A DNA stretch of 62,605 bases, the filler included, from Intoshia linei (Eukaryota; Animalia; Orthonectida): the NCBI GenBank assembly GCA_001642005.1. It is 7 parts of 7 records of this genome, joined end to end, with 100 filler letters (N's around TTAATTAATTAA, not from the genome) between each part and the next. Parts side by side here need not be neighbours in the genome. Positions count along the whole stretch, not along the records: positions 40,969 to 52,932 come from LWCA01001118.1; positions 53,033 to 56,329 come from LWCA01002117.1; positions 56,430 to 59,213 come from LWCA01002218.1; positions 59,314 to 62,605 come from LWCA01002109.1; 3 more parts are not named here. One strand, written 5' to 3'. The notes below the pieces were generated by a model. It worked only from the letters and a program-made list of their open reading frames with translations. It ran no database searches and had not been told where the DNA came from. Of this stretch, positions 47,200-59,639 are shown one piece after another (the first letter of the stretch is position 1; each line of letters starts with the position of its first letter). A program made the position numbers and the translations under genes.

Positions 47200-50100
47200 A
47201 TGAGGTTACTGATTTTTCTAATTTTATTATTATGGATAGGTAATTTTCATTGAGAATAAAATAAAATTAAATGAATTGTAGTGAAATGTGACTTACCTGC
47301 GTGCCAATTACGTGAAGATGGAAAAATACTTATTTGTGATTTTGAAATAATTAAAGTTGATAAGGATGACGAAGGCCAAAATTTTTATTATCAAATATTT
47401 CGTCGTGTTAATAGTACATTACAAGTTGTCTATTGCGACTTTTATCTTAACCAAACTACCTATGACGAAAATAACAACTTTGTACATTATGTTCTGCAAT
47501 CAAAGGTTGAGTCAAATAATATGCTAAATTTTTACTACTTTGATACTTCTACTGATAGAATACAAATCATGTTTAATTATAATTTTATTAGACTATCTAT
47601 TAAAGGTTATTTTTATTACAAACTGATATATTTAAAACTAAAAAATGGTCATAGATGGTTTCTGGGTTCCATGATAAATAAATATTTAATTTTATAAATT
47701 GAACAGATTTTTCAATTCTCACTACTGAAATTCCATTGCAATTAATCCTTACTTATATAATATGCTTTGCAATATTTGTTTGTCTGTCTGTGTGTTACCG
47801 TTTATTTGAATAACTACCAGTCTTAGAAATGTATAAAGTCCACATTTCAATTACAGTTTTTTCCGGGAATGTTCACAAACTTAATTTAAACCTCCCAATT
47901 TCATATCTTACAGATCAAAAACCCCATTTGTCCCTCTTTTTGAAAATCAAACGAGTTCGAGAATTTAAAAAAATATATACGCTGATACGGATTTTAAAAT
48001 CATAAACATTATCATAATTTTAAATATATATCTTCAGGGCCAAAGCACCAAATTACTCTTTTTTTTTAATGAAAACAGCCCTAGAATTTAAAAAAATTTA
48101 CAGGTGGTATAGTTTTATCCTGTTAACACACCCAAAAAATTTCAATCTGAATAAGTTACGCCTTCACGGTCAAAAAAGCATTTTAGTATTCATATATTTT
48201 TTTTCAAAATATTTTATTAAAACAAAAAATGTGAAATAATTAACCCTCCGAAAATTAAAAAAAAGAAGATTATTTTGATAAACCTTATTCCAGTTGATAT
48301 AAATACAAAGTTTCAATCCCAGAAATCTACGCATTCCCGGTGAAAAATAATTTTTAATATATTATAACCATATTTATCAAATATTTCGATTAAAATAAAA
48401 ATTGAAAATGTAAATATTGATCCTACATTTTCCAAAAAAAATGTGCCTTGAACTTCTACACATTTCCAATAAAGAAATATACGTGAAAATCTATATAACT
48501 CATTCTCTCGAAATTTTTTTTATTGCTACGCAATTTTTCAATCTCAAATTCTCTTTTTGAAAACATTTTGTTTAAAATTTAAATTAAAACTACAACAACT
48601 TTTCTTAATATTTAAATGGTTAAAAACAGACAAACCAAAAGACTTTTGCTTTATACATATGAGGATGAATAATTTTTAAAACGGCGACTCATGATAACCT
48701 ATCAATATTTAAAAGAATGTTTTTAAGAGAATATATTTTTTCTACCATTTTTTAAATATTTTAATGATTATTTTTTAAATTAAAATTTTTATAGCGGTTT
48801 TCACAATATTTTTAATATATTAAGGGATCTTCAAAATTTTTAAAAATTGCATTAAAAAATAAAAAATGTTCCCTTAAAATCCTACCAAAATATGGTCACA
48901 TAATTATCTTCAAATATCTAAAAATTGAGTGAAAAAAAAGTTCTGTTAATAATCCTTCTAAATATTGAACCCATAATTATTTAAATTAGTTGAATTTTCA
49001 TATGTATAATTTATGATGAGCTGTAAACCTAGTTAAACTTTTTTTATTATTTTTTTAGATCCTATTAGCAGTGATTCTGGATATTATGGAATTCGATTGT
49101 GTAAATTTACCGACAAAGTATATCAAAAATGTAAATCACGAGCATCACAATTTATATCTTTTGCAGGTAATTTTTATGAAAAATTTTTAATTACTTGTAT
49201 ACTGGTGTTTACCAACCTTTTTTACTAAATTAACTTTATACCCACAATATTTTATAGTGGTATATTGGATGATTAGGTTCTTAGAATACGGGATTTTGCA
49301 CCTGAAGATATAATTTTGATAAATTTAAATTTATGATAATGTTTATGATTTTAAAATCCGTATCAGCGTATTTATTTTTTTAAATTCTTTAACTTGTTTG
49401 ATTTTCAAAAAAAGGACAATTGGGGTTTTTGACCCGTAAAATGTAAGTTTGGGAGGTTAAAATGTATGTTATTATCACCCCGGAAAAAACTGTCATTGAA
49501 ATGTGGACTTTATCAACTTCTAAGACGGGTAGTTATTAAAATAAATTGGAACACACAGACACAAACAAAAATCGCGTAGCATATTATACATATGTATAAG
49601 TAAGGATTTATTGCTATTATAGGATTTACATATGTATAGTTAATCTGTACACCATAAATTTCGGCGCAGTTAAAAAAAGACTAGATTAAAAAAAAAAAAA
49701 ATTGACATTTGCTGTAATCTAAATTCTAGAAAATAATTCTTTCTCGGCTTTGCTGTCCCTGATATTTAATATGCTTAGATAAAACTACGACAAATATCGA
49801 ATTAGGATATGTGACAACATTATTTAACAAAGAATATGAAAACGGTCCAATGGTATATTATGGTCAACCATTGCATATTACAGTCTCGATTGAAGTGGAA
49901 GGACTCACAAAAGTAGAATACCGATTATATTATGAAGATTTTGCCAAAAGTTACCTGGAAAATGGTACAGAAGAAGAATTTTCAAATACAATCGATTTAT
50001 TAGTAAATTCAAACATTACCGATTAGTAATTTTCCAACAAAATTATTATTAAATCAACTTTTAAAGGTTTTTAATTGACACGGTCACGTTTTTAAATAGC

Positions 50101-50954
50101 TGCGTGTAAGCATACTTTAAAAATACTTTTTAATGGTGTGACATTTTTTTAATTTTTTCTTTATAATTTTACCTTTAATCCTCTAAACATGACCTAAAAA
50201 AGAGACTTCAATTAGATGTAATAATCTTGTATTTAATGCATTGTAGTGATAATGTATATAAAAAATGTATAGAAAATATTAAATTTATTATTGGATTGTA
50301 ATTTAGCTATCATGTTGACGGAGATTTATTAAACGGTGGAAGGCTTTTCCGAAAAATTATCATTACAATAAATGCAAACTTCAATTATGCAATAGATAAA
50401 CCAATTATCTGCTCAATTACTCACTATTGTCAAGATGAAGTAGATAATAATTGTACAATAGCTAAAACACTGATATTTAATACGAGTAGGATATTAAGAA
50501 TATTATTTCTGGTCATACCTAGGGTTTCAAATGTACATGTAAATGTATTAACAAAGATATACATCTGATCCAGGATGTACTTGACAACTTTGAAAATTTT
50601 CTTAATTCTTACTTATGAATCCTCTTATTTTAATAATTGAATTCTAAGATTTATTTTTCTTTGATATTGTAAGAATATTCCCGTAAAAATTGATATTTAA
50701 ATATAAAATTGAACGTTCGTAACCCGCATCGAGTTTAGACTTTTTGGAGGGTCGCCACCAGATATGTTATTAAAATTTATTTTAGGCTACAATTGGGAAA
50801 TAAACTTAATAATTGTAATTTGCGTTCTGACAGTATTGTTGATATTCCTTATAATATTTTGCGCACTGAAAAATAGAAACATTCATTTCAGTTTAACAAA
50901 AAATTATTTTGTAAGATTCCAGCGTTCACATTTCAATCAAATTCATTGTAATTA
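47200..50954 (+). CDS. Unidentified type I membrane protein with divergent Ig-like ectodomain, about 7 exons
   Basis: Signal exon MRLLIFLILLLWI (47200-47239) splices in frame to 47282 (VKCDLPAC...LICDF); exon 49059-49166 has DSGYYGI; exons ~49779-50022 and ~50307-50486 (IICSITH); last exon with TM helix LIIVICVLTVLLIFLIIFCAL plus KNR and a short tail. Confidence 0.6.
47746..48600 (+). mobile_element. Helitron-family 5' part
   Basis: A|TCCTTACTTATATAATATGC start, GTCT/GT tract, body colinear with 44377-44985 and 2641-3220. Confidence 0.85.
49290..49606 (-). mobile_element. Helitron-family 5' fragment
   Basis: Reverse complement starts A|TCCTTACTTATACATATGTATAATATGCTACGCGATTTTTGTTTGTGTCTGTG. 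Confidence 0.85.
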
Positions 50955-51750
50955 ACAAAATTGTAATAGAAAACCTGTTAAATAAAAATTTTATATATAT
51001 ATTCATTATTTGTGTATACGTATATACACAATTTGTGTTATAGATATCTATAACTAATAACTATTATACATTTTGATTTTGAATAAACTATTGAACAAAA
51101 TGTGGAATAATAAAAAATTTTCAAATTCTAAATTGAAAATATTTATAAGTATCTTTCAGACTCGGTTTGGTAAAAAGAAAATAAAAATGTTATTCTTAAT
51201 TCTATAAATTCAATTTATTTAATCTAATCTTTCATAAAAATTGAGGCTATTGAAAAAATTTTGAAAATGAAAAATGGAGAAATTAAAAAGCAAATACATG
51301 AGTGCCATTTATTTGATCATTTGAAGAATTTACAGTATAATTGTTATTATGGTATTCAATTAATTGATTTTTTTGCAGTGCATTGAAAAATAAAAAGATA
51401 ATTTTTTTAAATTAATTGGTTTTTTCATATAACTGAAAAAAAATATATGTAATTCTTTTATTGACGAATGGTTGGATGAAAAAATTAATTAAATTTTTTT
51501 TATGTATTTCAAAAATAAATTTAATCATTATACACTATAATTCATAATAATACAATATTAAGGTGTCAAGTTTGATTGTCAGTATGTATTTTTTGTAATT
51601 TAAATTATAATTTAACGTAAAATGTAGTGAATTTATATGACGAGGGTCAAAATTTTGATAAACAATCAATGATTTTCTAAGAGTGAAATATGATAAAACA
51701 CTCAGAAAAAAACTGTTCCAGAATTTTTGTTTTTTGAAATTATAGAACTA

Positions 51751-52095
51751 CTAGGTTGAATGTTATGTACTACATATAAATAGCACCTAGCTTTGCCGAG
51801 GGCATATTTTTATTATACTAAAAAAATAAATTCATGTGGAACATCTAACTTAAAAATCCTACTATTCACTATTATCAATCATATAAAGGAGTGATTACCA
51901 AAATTGTTTCAGGTGGAACCATCATATCACATTACTTTTTACTTTAAAGTGAATTATTCCACTTAATTTTTTTTTTAAAATTTGCGTAAAGAATTTTATA
52001 AATAATTGTTATCCCATTTTTTGAATTTATTAGACAGAATGTGTGTATAATATTAAAAATAAAGTAAAAAAAGTACAGTAAAATCCTAAAAATTG
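51751..52095 (-). mobile_element. Helitron-family 3' part
   Basis: Reverse complement of the 3' module (CCCTCGGCAAAGCTAGGTGC...CTAG|T). Confidence 0.85.
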
Positions 52096-53319
52096 TACAT
52101 TCTAATTTAATAATAATAATAATAAATGTATTAAAAATAAGTGATCAACAGTACATTATTTATTTGTAGGAGAGAATGCAGTGTGTGACAGTATATCTGA
52201 AAATTTTATGAATGTGTTGCTAATCGTGAATTTGAGTGTATTCAAATATTTGGAAGATTTGAATAAGATATAAAATTTTATTCCACAATAATATTTTTAA
52301 TACTTTTACAGTAATTTTTTTATTTTTAACAAACTTTTTTTCACTTTTATACAATGTTAGAGCTTCACATGTTTGTAATGAAAAAATGGCTTAAAATTTT
52401 AGTATATTTACTAGGGGTGTGAAAGAATTTTTATATCAAAAGTGCACCCTTCCACCATATGAACATTTTGAAAAAATTCAATTTGCACCAATCTTAGCTT
52501 TCAATTGTTAAAAAAAACCCTGGGGCATCGCCTCTAAAGTTTTGAACAATATATCGCTCATAGTAACTAATATATGATAATTTTCTTAAAAATATTATTT
52601 TAAATATAAAATTTTTTATACAAATAGCTATAAAGATGCGCAAAATTATCGTCTAGCGAATCATGAACGCCAAATTAATAAAAAAAAATATAAATTAAAA
52701 ATGAATTGTTATGGAAATAATTATTGTCGTGTCGCAAGACACGAACGACGCATGGAAGAAACAATTTTAAAGTTCGTTACATATATATTTATAAATTTTA
52801 TTGTCATATCAGAACTAATTATCGCTTACATTCATATTATGGTTTCCAATTTTAAATTCAACGATTGTAATGAAAAAAGTAAAGTGATAGAGTATTTAGA
52901 AGGGAATAGTGAATGTAATATGGATAGACATANNNNNNNNNNNNNNNNNNNNNNNNNNNNNNNNNNNNNNNNNNNNTTAATTAATTAANNNNNNNNNNNN
53001 NNNNNNNNNNNNNNNNNNNNNNNNNNNNNNNNTTACATGCAAAATGAACATAGGCGTGTCAATCTCGTGTCATAATTTTATAACTTAATAGCAAGCAATC
53101 TCGAACCGAGTTATATTTTTCGTTGATTTAATTGGTTTTACCTATTTGTTTGTAATTTTAATTTTAATAATTAATATTTGTTGTTATGCGTTAATTATTT
53201 CGAATTTAAAATATTTGCGCTATATGAATGAAATGTTTTCTACATTATCTATTTTTTAAATTTTGATTTAACTCCATTTTGAAGCTTCTATTTACATAGG
53301 CCATGTAGGTGACATCCAC

Positions 53320-53750
53320 TGTAAAAAATATGAATACAAAAGTGTTTTTTTGACCGTGGAGGTGTCACTTATTCAGTTTAAAATTTTTTTGTGTGTTAAC
53401 AGGATACAACTGTACTACCTGTAATTTTTTTAAATTCTAGGGCTGTTTTTATTTTTAAAAAAAAAGGTTATCTGGAGTTTTGACCGTGAAGATATAATGT
53501 TTTGAAATTGAAATTTATTATAATGTTGATGATTTTAAAGTTATTATCAGATTGTGTATTTTTTATAATTCTAGAACTCGTTTGAATTTTATTAAAAAGG
53601 ATACTTGGGGTTTTTGACCTTGAAGGACTCAATTTCTGAAAATGAAATTTTCGCTAAAACGTCACTCTCGAAAAACTGTTATAGAAATATAAAATTTTTA
53701 AAACTAGATTCCTCTTACTTTCTTAAATAAACTGGAAGAGACAGACATGC
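53320..53750 (-). mobile_element. Helitron-family 5' fragment
   Basis: Reverse-complement blocks TTTTGACCGTG, GTGTTAACAGGATACAAC, CTAGGGCTGTTTT; head-to-head with the copy at 53795. Confidence 0.75.
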
Positions 53751-53794
53751 AGACATAGTTTTATACAATGTCTATAAACATTAGACATACTAAA

Positions 53795-54280
53795 TCCTAA
53801 CTTATATAATATTCTACGCGATTTTTGTTTGTGTGTGTGTTCAGCTTTATTGAAATAACTACCTGTCTTAGAATTTTATAAAGTCCACATTTCAATTACA
53901 TTTTTTTTCTGGGGGTGTTCGCAAACATAATTTCAACCTCCCAAACTCACATCTTACGGGTCAAAAACCCCAATTGTCCCATTTTGGAAAATCAAACGAG
54001 TTGGAGAATTTAAAAACATATATATGCTGATACGGATTTTAAAATCATAAACATTATCATAAATTTAAATTAAAAAAAATTATATCTTTAGGGCCAAAAC
54101 CACAAATTACCCTTCTTTTTTTAATGAAAACAGACTAGAATTTCAAAAAATTTACAAGTGGTATAGTTATATCCTGTTAACACGCACAGAAAATTTCAAT
54201 CCGAATAAGTGATGACTTCACGGTCAAAAATGCATTTTAGTACAAAGTATTCATATTTTTTTTTCGAAATATTTTATTAA
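53795..54280 (+). mobile_element. Helitron-family 5' part
   Basis: A|TCCTAACTTATATAATAT start; body colinear with 44377-44840. Confidence 0.85.
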
Positions 54281-54676
54281 TGTTGCTGCGTGGTCATATT
54301 CATTTTAGAAAATTGAGATGTTCAGGGTTAAATCTCTAATTTTAATAAATATAAAACTGATAATCCTAGAATTTAAAAAAGAACACAACTAATATAGCTT
54401 TTTCAGTTTAAATATCGAAAAATTTCAATCTCTGAAATGAATGTTTTGATGATCTCAAAAAGCACTCAGTATTTATTTTTTTATTTGCACTAAAATTTCA
54501 CTTAAACACCCAAGTTGTAGAATCATTACGATTTGTCATAGTTCATTAAACGCATAATTGTGATAATTATCAAAGACGAAGTAAAATCACAAATTTTAAC
54601 GAGTGGTAAAAACAAACAAAAATGAATTTTTTTTTAAATAATTAATAACACCTATGATCAATATTTATATTAATTA

Positions 54677-57415
54677 CCGCAGATCTAGTAAATGCCGAAA
54701 AACATTCGGTAATCATTGAAATACAAAATTCTGGAGTCAACATATATCTAGTTCGTAGTTTTGAAACGCTACCCGTACTTTCTATTTCATCTATAGGTTG
54801 ACTTCTAAATATATTTGAAATTTTTTCTATGATAATTTACCTATAGGTTGAAACAGATTCAACGTCATCATCGGATATATTACATGAAACAACAGATTCT
54901 TTATCTGTTTCAATTTCTAAATACCAATAAAATTAGAAGAACAAATTGAAATTAAATTAAGTTGATCATTCCTTGTGACTGCGGCACGACGCCTCAGATT
55001 AAAACTAAACCCAAATGCTGATAAATCAATCAAAACTCGTATAAAATATATATTAAATTTTCTTGTAACAATAATGTCTTAGAATAATAATGTAAATCAA
55101 TATACCAATAGTAAGAGAAGCAGCTACATCAATTGCGCTAAGTGAAGAATCCTTTGTAATTAAAGACGGTTGAGTAATATTTTTTGGCTTAACAGTAAAT
55201 TTGCTTAGAAATGTACCAGCTACTCCAGCATCCAGGCATTTTGTCTTAAATTCATTTTTTCGAATATTGTACTTGTACATTTCATTGGTTAAAATAATTT
55301 CAAACAAAGAAAAATGAAATTTTCCTATATTTTGGGTACTAAAAATAAGATGATTAATTAAAAATCAACAACCCAGGTTCAGTAGAAACCGCTTAATACA
55401 TACATTATATTATAAATATATATCCTAACTTATATAAAATGCGACGCGATTTTTGTTTGTCTGTGTGTGTTACTTTTTTGAAATAACCAGCACTCTTAGA
55501 ATTTTTTAAAGACCACATTTCAATTAGTTTTTTCCGGGACGTATAATAAGATAAATTTCAATCTCCCAATTTCACATCTTAAGGGTCAAAAACCTCTGTT
55601 GTCCCTCTTTTTGAAAAGCAAACGAGTTGAGGAATTTAAAAAAATATATACATTGATGCGGATTTTAAAATCATACAAACAAAACAATCATGCAACAAAA
55701 TATATGAAATAATTAACTGTCCGAAAATTTAAAAAAAGGATTATTCTGATAGAGCTTATTCCAGTTGATATAAAATTTACAAAATATAAAAAAATAAAAA
55801 AATTTCAACCCCAGAAATCTACGCATTCCCGGTAAAAAATAATTTTTAATATAGTATCAACCAATATTTTTCAAATATTTCGATTAAAATAAAAATTGAA
55901 AATGTAAATATTGATCCTACAATTTCAAAAAAAATGTGGATTGTACNAAATTGAAAATGTAAATATTGATCCTACAATTTCAAAAAAAATGTGGATTGTA
56001 CGTCTACACATTTCCAGTCAAGACATATGGGTGAAAAGTTATATAATTCATTCCTTCGCAATTTTTAAATTTCAAATTTTCATTTTCCAAACATTTTAAA
56101 CAACATCTACGGCAACAAATTTATAAAAGTTTTGATACTAACTTAATTTAAATTAATTTGAAAATGCTAAAAAGAAAAGTAACATTTACAAGAAAAAAGG
56201 CCAAAAGTATGGACACCCTTTTATATTACAATCCTTTGCAATAATGGTAAAATTAATTACAATGGAACAAATGGAATACACAATTGGTATTTTTAAGTAT
56301 TTATTAAATTGATTCTGAATATATATCATNNNNNNNNNNNNNNNNNNNNNNNNNNNNNNNNNNNNNNNNNNNNTTAATTAATTAANNNNNNNNNNNNNNN
56401 NNNNNNNNNNNNNNNNNNNNNNNNNNNNNATGAGTAGAGTTAACGATTAAAGTAAATATACAAAAGTAAGTAAGTAAGTAAGTAATACAAAGTAAATGCA
56501 ATAAATATACTTTATCTTATTTTAAATGTATTTACATCGTTTCACATATTTTAGATGTTCCTTCTAAGTACTCATACTAATTTATGTTTTATTAATAAAT
56601 TATCTCTAAAAAGGGTAATTTGTAGTTTTGGTCATGTACTTGTTTGTTTCTGCGACTTTAATTTAATTTAATAAAAATTTAAAAATAAAAATTTAAGACA
56701 TTGTTAATGATTGTAAAACGCGTCTCAGATTTTATGTTTTTTTATATTTTGGGGTGATTTTATTTAAAAAAAGGGTAAGTTGCGTTTTTGACACTGAATG
56801 GCTTAATTTCGGAAAATAAATTTAGATATAAACATCACCCGCGGAAAACTGTATTAGAAATTAGACTTGTTTAAATTCTACGACTATTAATTTTTTAAAT
56901 AAACGGTAACACACAGACAGATTAGAGACAGACATTTTATTTACAAACTTTGTTTACGATATGATAATCTGTACCTTAATATTTATATAAAAAATAATAT
57001 GTTACATGGCAAGTGTGAATCAAATCCAAAAAGCGGTATAGATGAAATAAAGAGTAGCACTGCTGCAATCAAAAATCCCAGATACCAAGCACCATACCAA
57101 TTCACATCTCCAGCGACTACATCAACACTAAAAATAATACATTTATTCTAACTAAATATGAATAATTTACATTTGTTCATAAAAATTTCCGCGTACGTTA
57201 AGTAAAACGCCTCCCAATAAGAATCCTAGTGGTGGACCTAGCACACTAAATCCGTAAAATATGCCAATGTATATAGATGACATTCTAGGTTTTGCGTTTT
57301 CATCAATTACGATATAAGAAAAGATATACATTGTAGAACAACCAATTCCATGTATTATTTGAGCCACCACAAATATAATGTAAGCGTAATAATTTGTTTT
57401 TTGAGTTATATCATC
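54677..57415 (-). CDS. SLCO: Organic anion transporting polypeptide (OATP/SLCO), internal exons only
   Basis: Exon ~57176-57415: FVVAQIIHGIG...IDEN...SSIYIGIFY...LGPPLGFLLGG; exon ~57006-57127: WYGAWYLGFLIAA...PLFGF (OATP hallmark W.GAWW.GF). Exons at ~54677-55338 are tentatively the central loop and TM7. Start and end not located. Confidence 0.85.
55423..56329 (+). mobile_element. Helitron-family copy running into gap
   Basis: A|TCCTAACTTATATAAAATGCGACGCG start; long near-identical stretches with 2641-3465. Confidence 0.9.
56610..56940 (-). mobile_element. Helitron-family (second subfamily) 5' fragment
   Basis: AAATAAACGGTAACACACAGACAG and TTCTACGACT blocks, reverse complement of 20683-21000. 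Confidence 0.7.
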
Positions 57416-57672
57416 TATTTTATTATTTCAGTAATATAAACGTATATTAAATTGTTATAATACATACAATGTATGTCATACATACTGTAATAATTACTAA
57501 AATTATAAGATTAAGAAATAGAAGAAAAAATAGATTAGATCCCGGAAAATTGACGAAAAATTATTTTAAACCTTAAGCCTCGAGACAATGCAATTATAAT
57601 AATTTATAATTATATCGAAAAGTATATTGATAAATTAAATATTTTTATCATAGACCAAAGTTTAGTCTAAAC

Positions 57673-58553
57673 CAGGTATTCTTAAGCTTTTTTGAAGTAT
57701 CGCACCCTAAATTAAAAAAATTTATCATAAATTCCTTAATAATTATTATAATTAAAAACTATCAAAAAATGTTTAAACTAATACTTTTATGCATTATAAT
57801 AATTTATGATACAAAAAAATGAATATTTAAGTAATCTTATTCAGTTTGAAATTTTTGTATGTGTTAACAGGATACAACTGTAGTATCTGTAATTTTTTTA
57901 AACTCTAGGGTTTTTTCATTATAAAAAAAAATGGTAATGTTAGATTTTGATAGTGAAAATTACATTTTGTGAGGTTTCCATTTATGGTAATGATTATGAT
58001 TTTAAAAACACTCCCAGAGTTTATTTTAGGACATGTTTTATTATTAAAACAAAGGGTAATTTGTGGTTTTGTCTATGAATGTATGCGTTTTTGAGGCTGA
58101 GATTAACAAGAATGTTAATGATATTAAAATGACTCCCATAATGTATTTTTTATTAAATTTTTGGGCTGATTTTTTTTTAAACAAAAGAGAAATTAGATTT
58201 ATTACCCTGAAGAACTCAAATTCTGACACTGAAAAATAGATAAAAACACGTCCTTGGAAACACTGTATTAGAAATTGGGTTTTTTAAAATCCTGCGACTG
58301 TCAATTTTTTCAATAAATGGTTACACACAGACGTTCATTTTTATATATGTTCAAGTACAAATCATTAGTCCGTAATACAGACTCCGTATTAGCACATTAA
58401 ATTAATATATAATGCTACATAACTAAAGTTACATTAGTACTGTATAAGAATTTTATAATATCAATTTGAAAATATGTTATTTCTGAAAATAAATCGCCCC
58501 CAATATTAAAAAGTCACCCATATGTGCGATATCGCTCAGGTTGAGAATACCTG
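57673..58553. mobile_element. hAT MITE carrying a nested Helitron-family fragment (~57835-58345, minus strand)
   Basis: TIR CAGGTATTCTTAA / TTGAGAATACCTG; TSD GTCTAAAC/GTATAAAA (6/8); interior matches the reverse complement of 34680-35140. Confidence 0.65.
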
Positions 58554-59639
58554 GTATAAAATCTCTGGTTTGTATTGTATAATGCACAGTTTGTATATAT
58601 ACTAATAATATTTATATAATAATAACTTATAATAATGTGTAATAAATATTTATAATACACGTATTAATATTGTACATTGTAGAGATAAACAACATTAAAA
58701 ATTCAAATAAGTAAAGGTAAATTTAAATTTAATTTGAAAATCTATAGTTACAAAAATTTTTTTATTTATATCTAGTAATGATCAAAATTCAAAATTCAAT
58801 TTGTTATATATATTATAAAGTCAACACTGGTTATAAAAAAGTTTTTAAATGTACTTATAAACAGTGTTTTTATAGAGAGGTGAATGTAACATATCACAAC
58901 TAATGTTACTCATTTTTATATTAAAATGAACCATTATTTATTCATTCTAATTCTATTATTTAGCAACACGAATAAACAATTCATTATCAATCAATGCAGA
59001 ATATAAATCTTATTGTAATTTTCTGCATTAAAACATTTATCTACGATTCTTGTGCCGTACAAATTACTACAGTGAATATTAAATTTTTGTTTAGTATTAG
59101 TTATATTTTATTTTATATAAACTATTAGGTCGTTTCATAAGTAATATCGTTTTTTTAAAAAAATTAAAAAGTTTATTTGATTACATTAAAAATAAATTTA
59201 TATTATCAAATATNNNNNNNNNNNNNNNNNNNNNNNNNNNNNNNNNNNNNNNNNNNNTTAATTAATTAANNNNNNNNNNNNNNNNNNNNNNNNNNNNNNN
59301 NNNNNNNNNNNNNTATTGCACTCACAATTTTTATTATGTAAAAAATAAATTGGTTAGTGCAAATTTTTTGCATTTCTAGCATTTAAAATGAAAAAAATAA
59401 CACTATCAACGCAACTTATTGACTTAAAAACTACTTTATAGCATTTATAATTTCGTGCAAAATTACAGGCTTACAATTGTATTAAGTCAATAAAATTAGC
59501 ATTATCATCGAATTTTTAGTGCTATAAAATGTCGACTCTAGTGATAATATATATTCAGTACGAATTTAATAATTCCCTAAAAATACCAATTATGTTCTAT
59601 AATTAACGAAATCAGCACTTTATAAACATATTTCAGGTG

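Noticed and set aside
55893-56001. Exact 54-bp direct repeat separated by a single N
   Set aside because: Typical contig-overlap artefact; absent from the sister copy at ~3049-3101.
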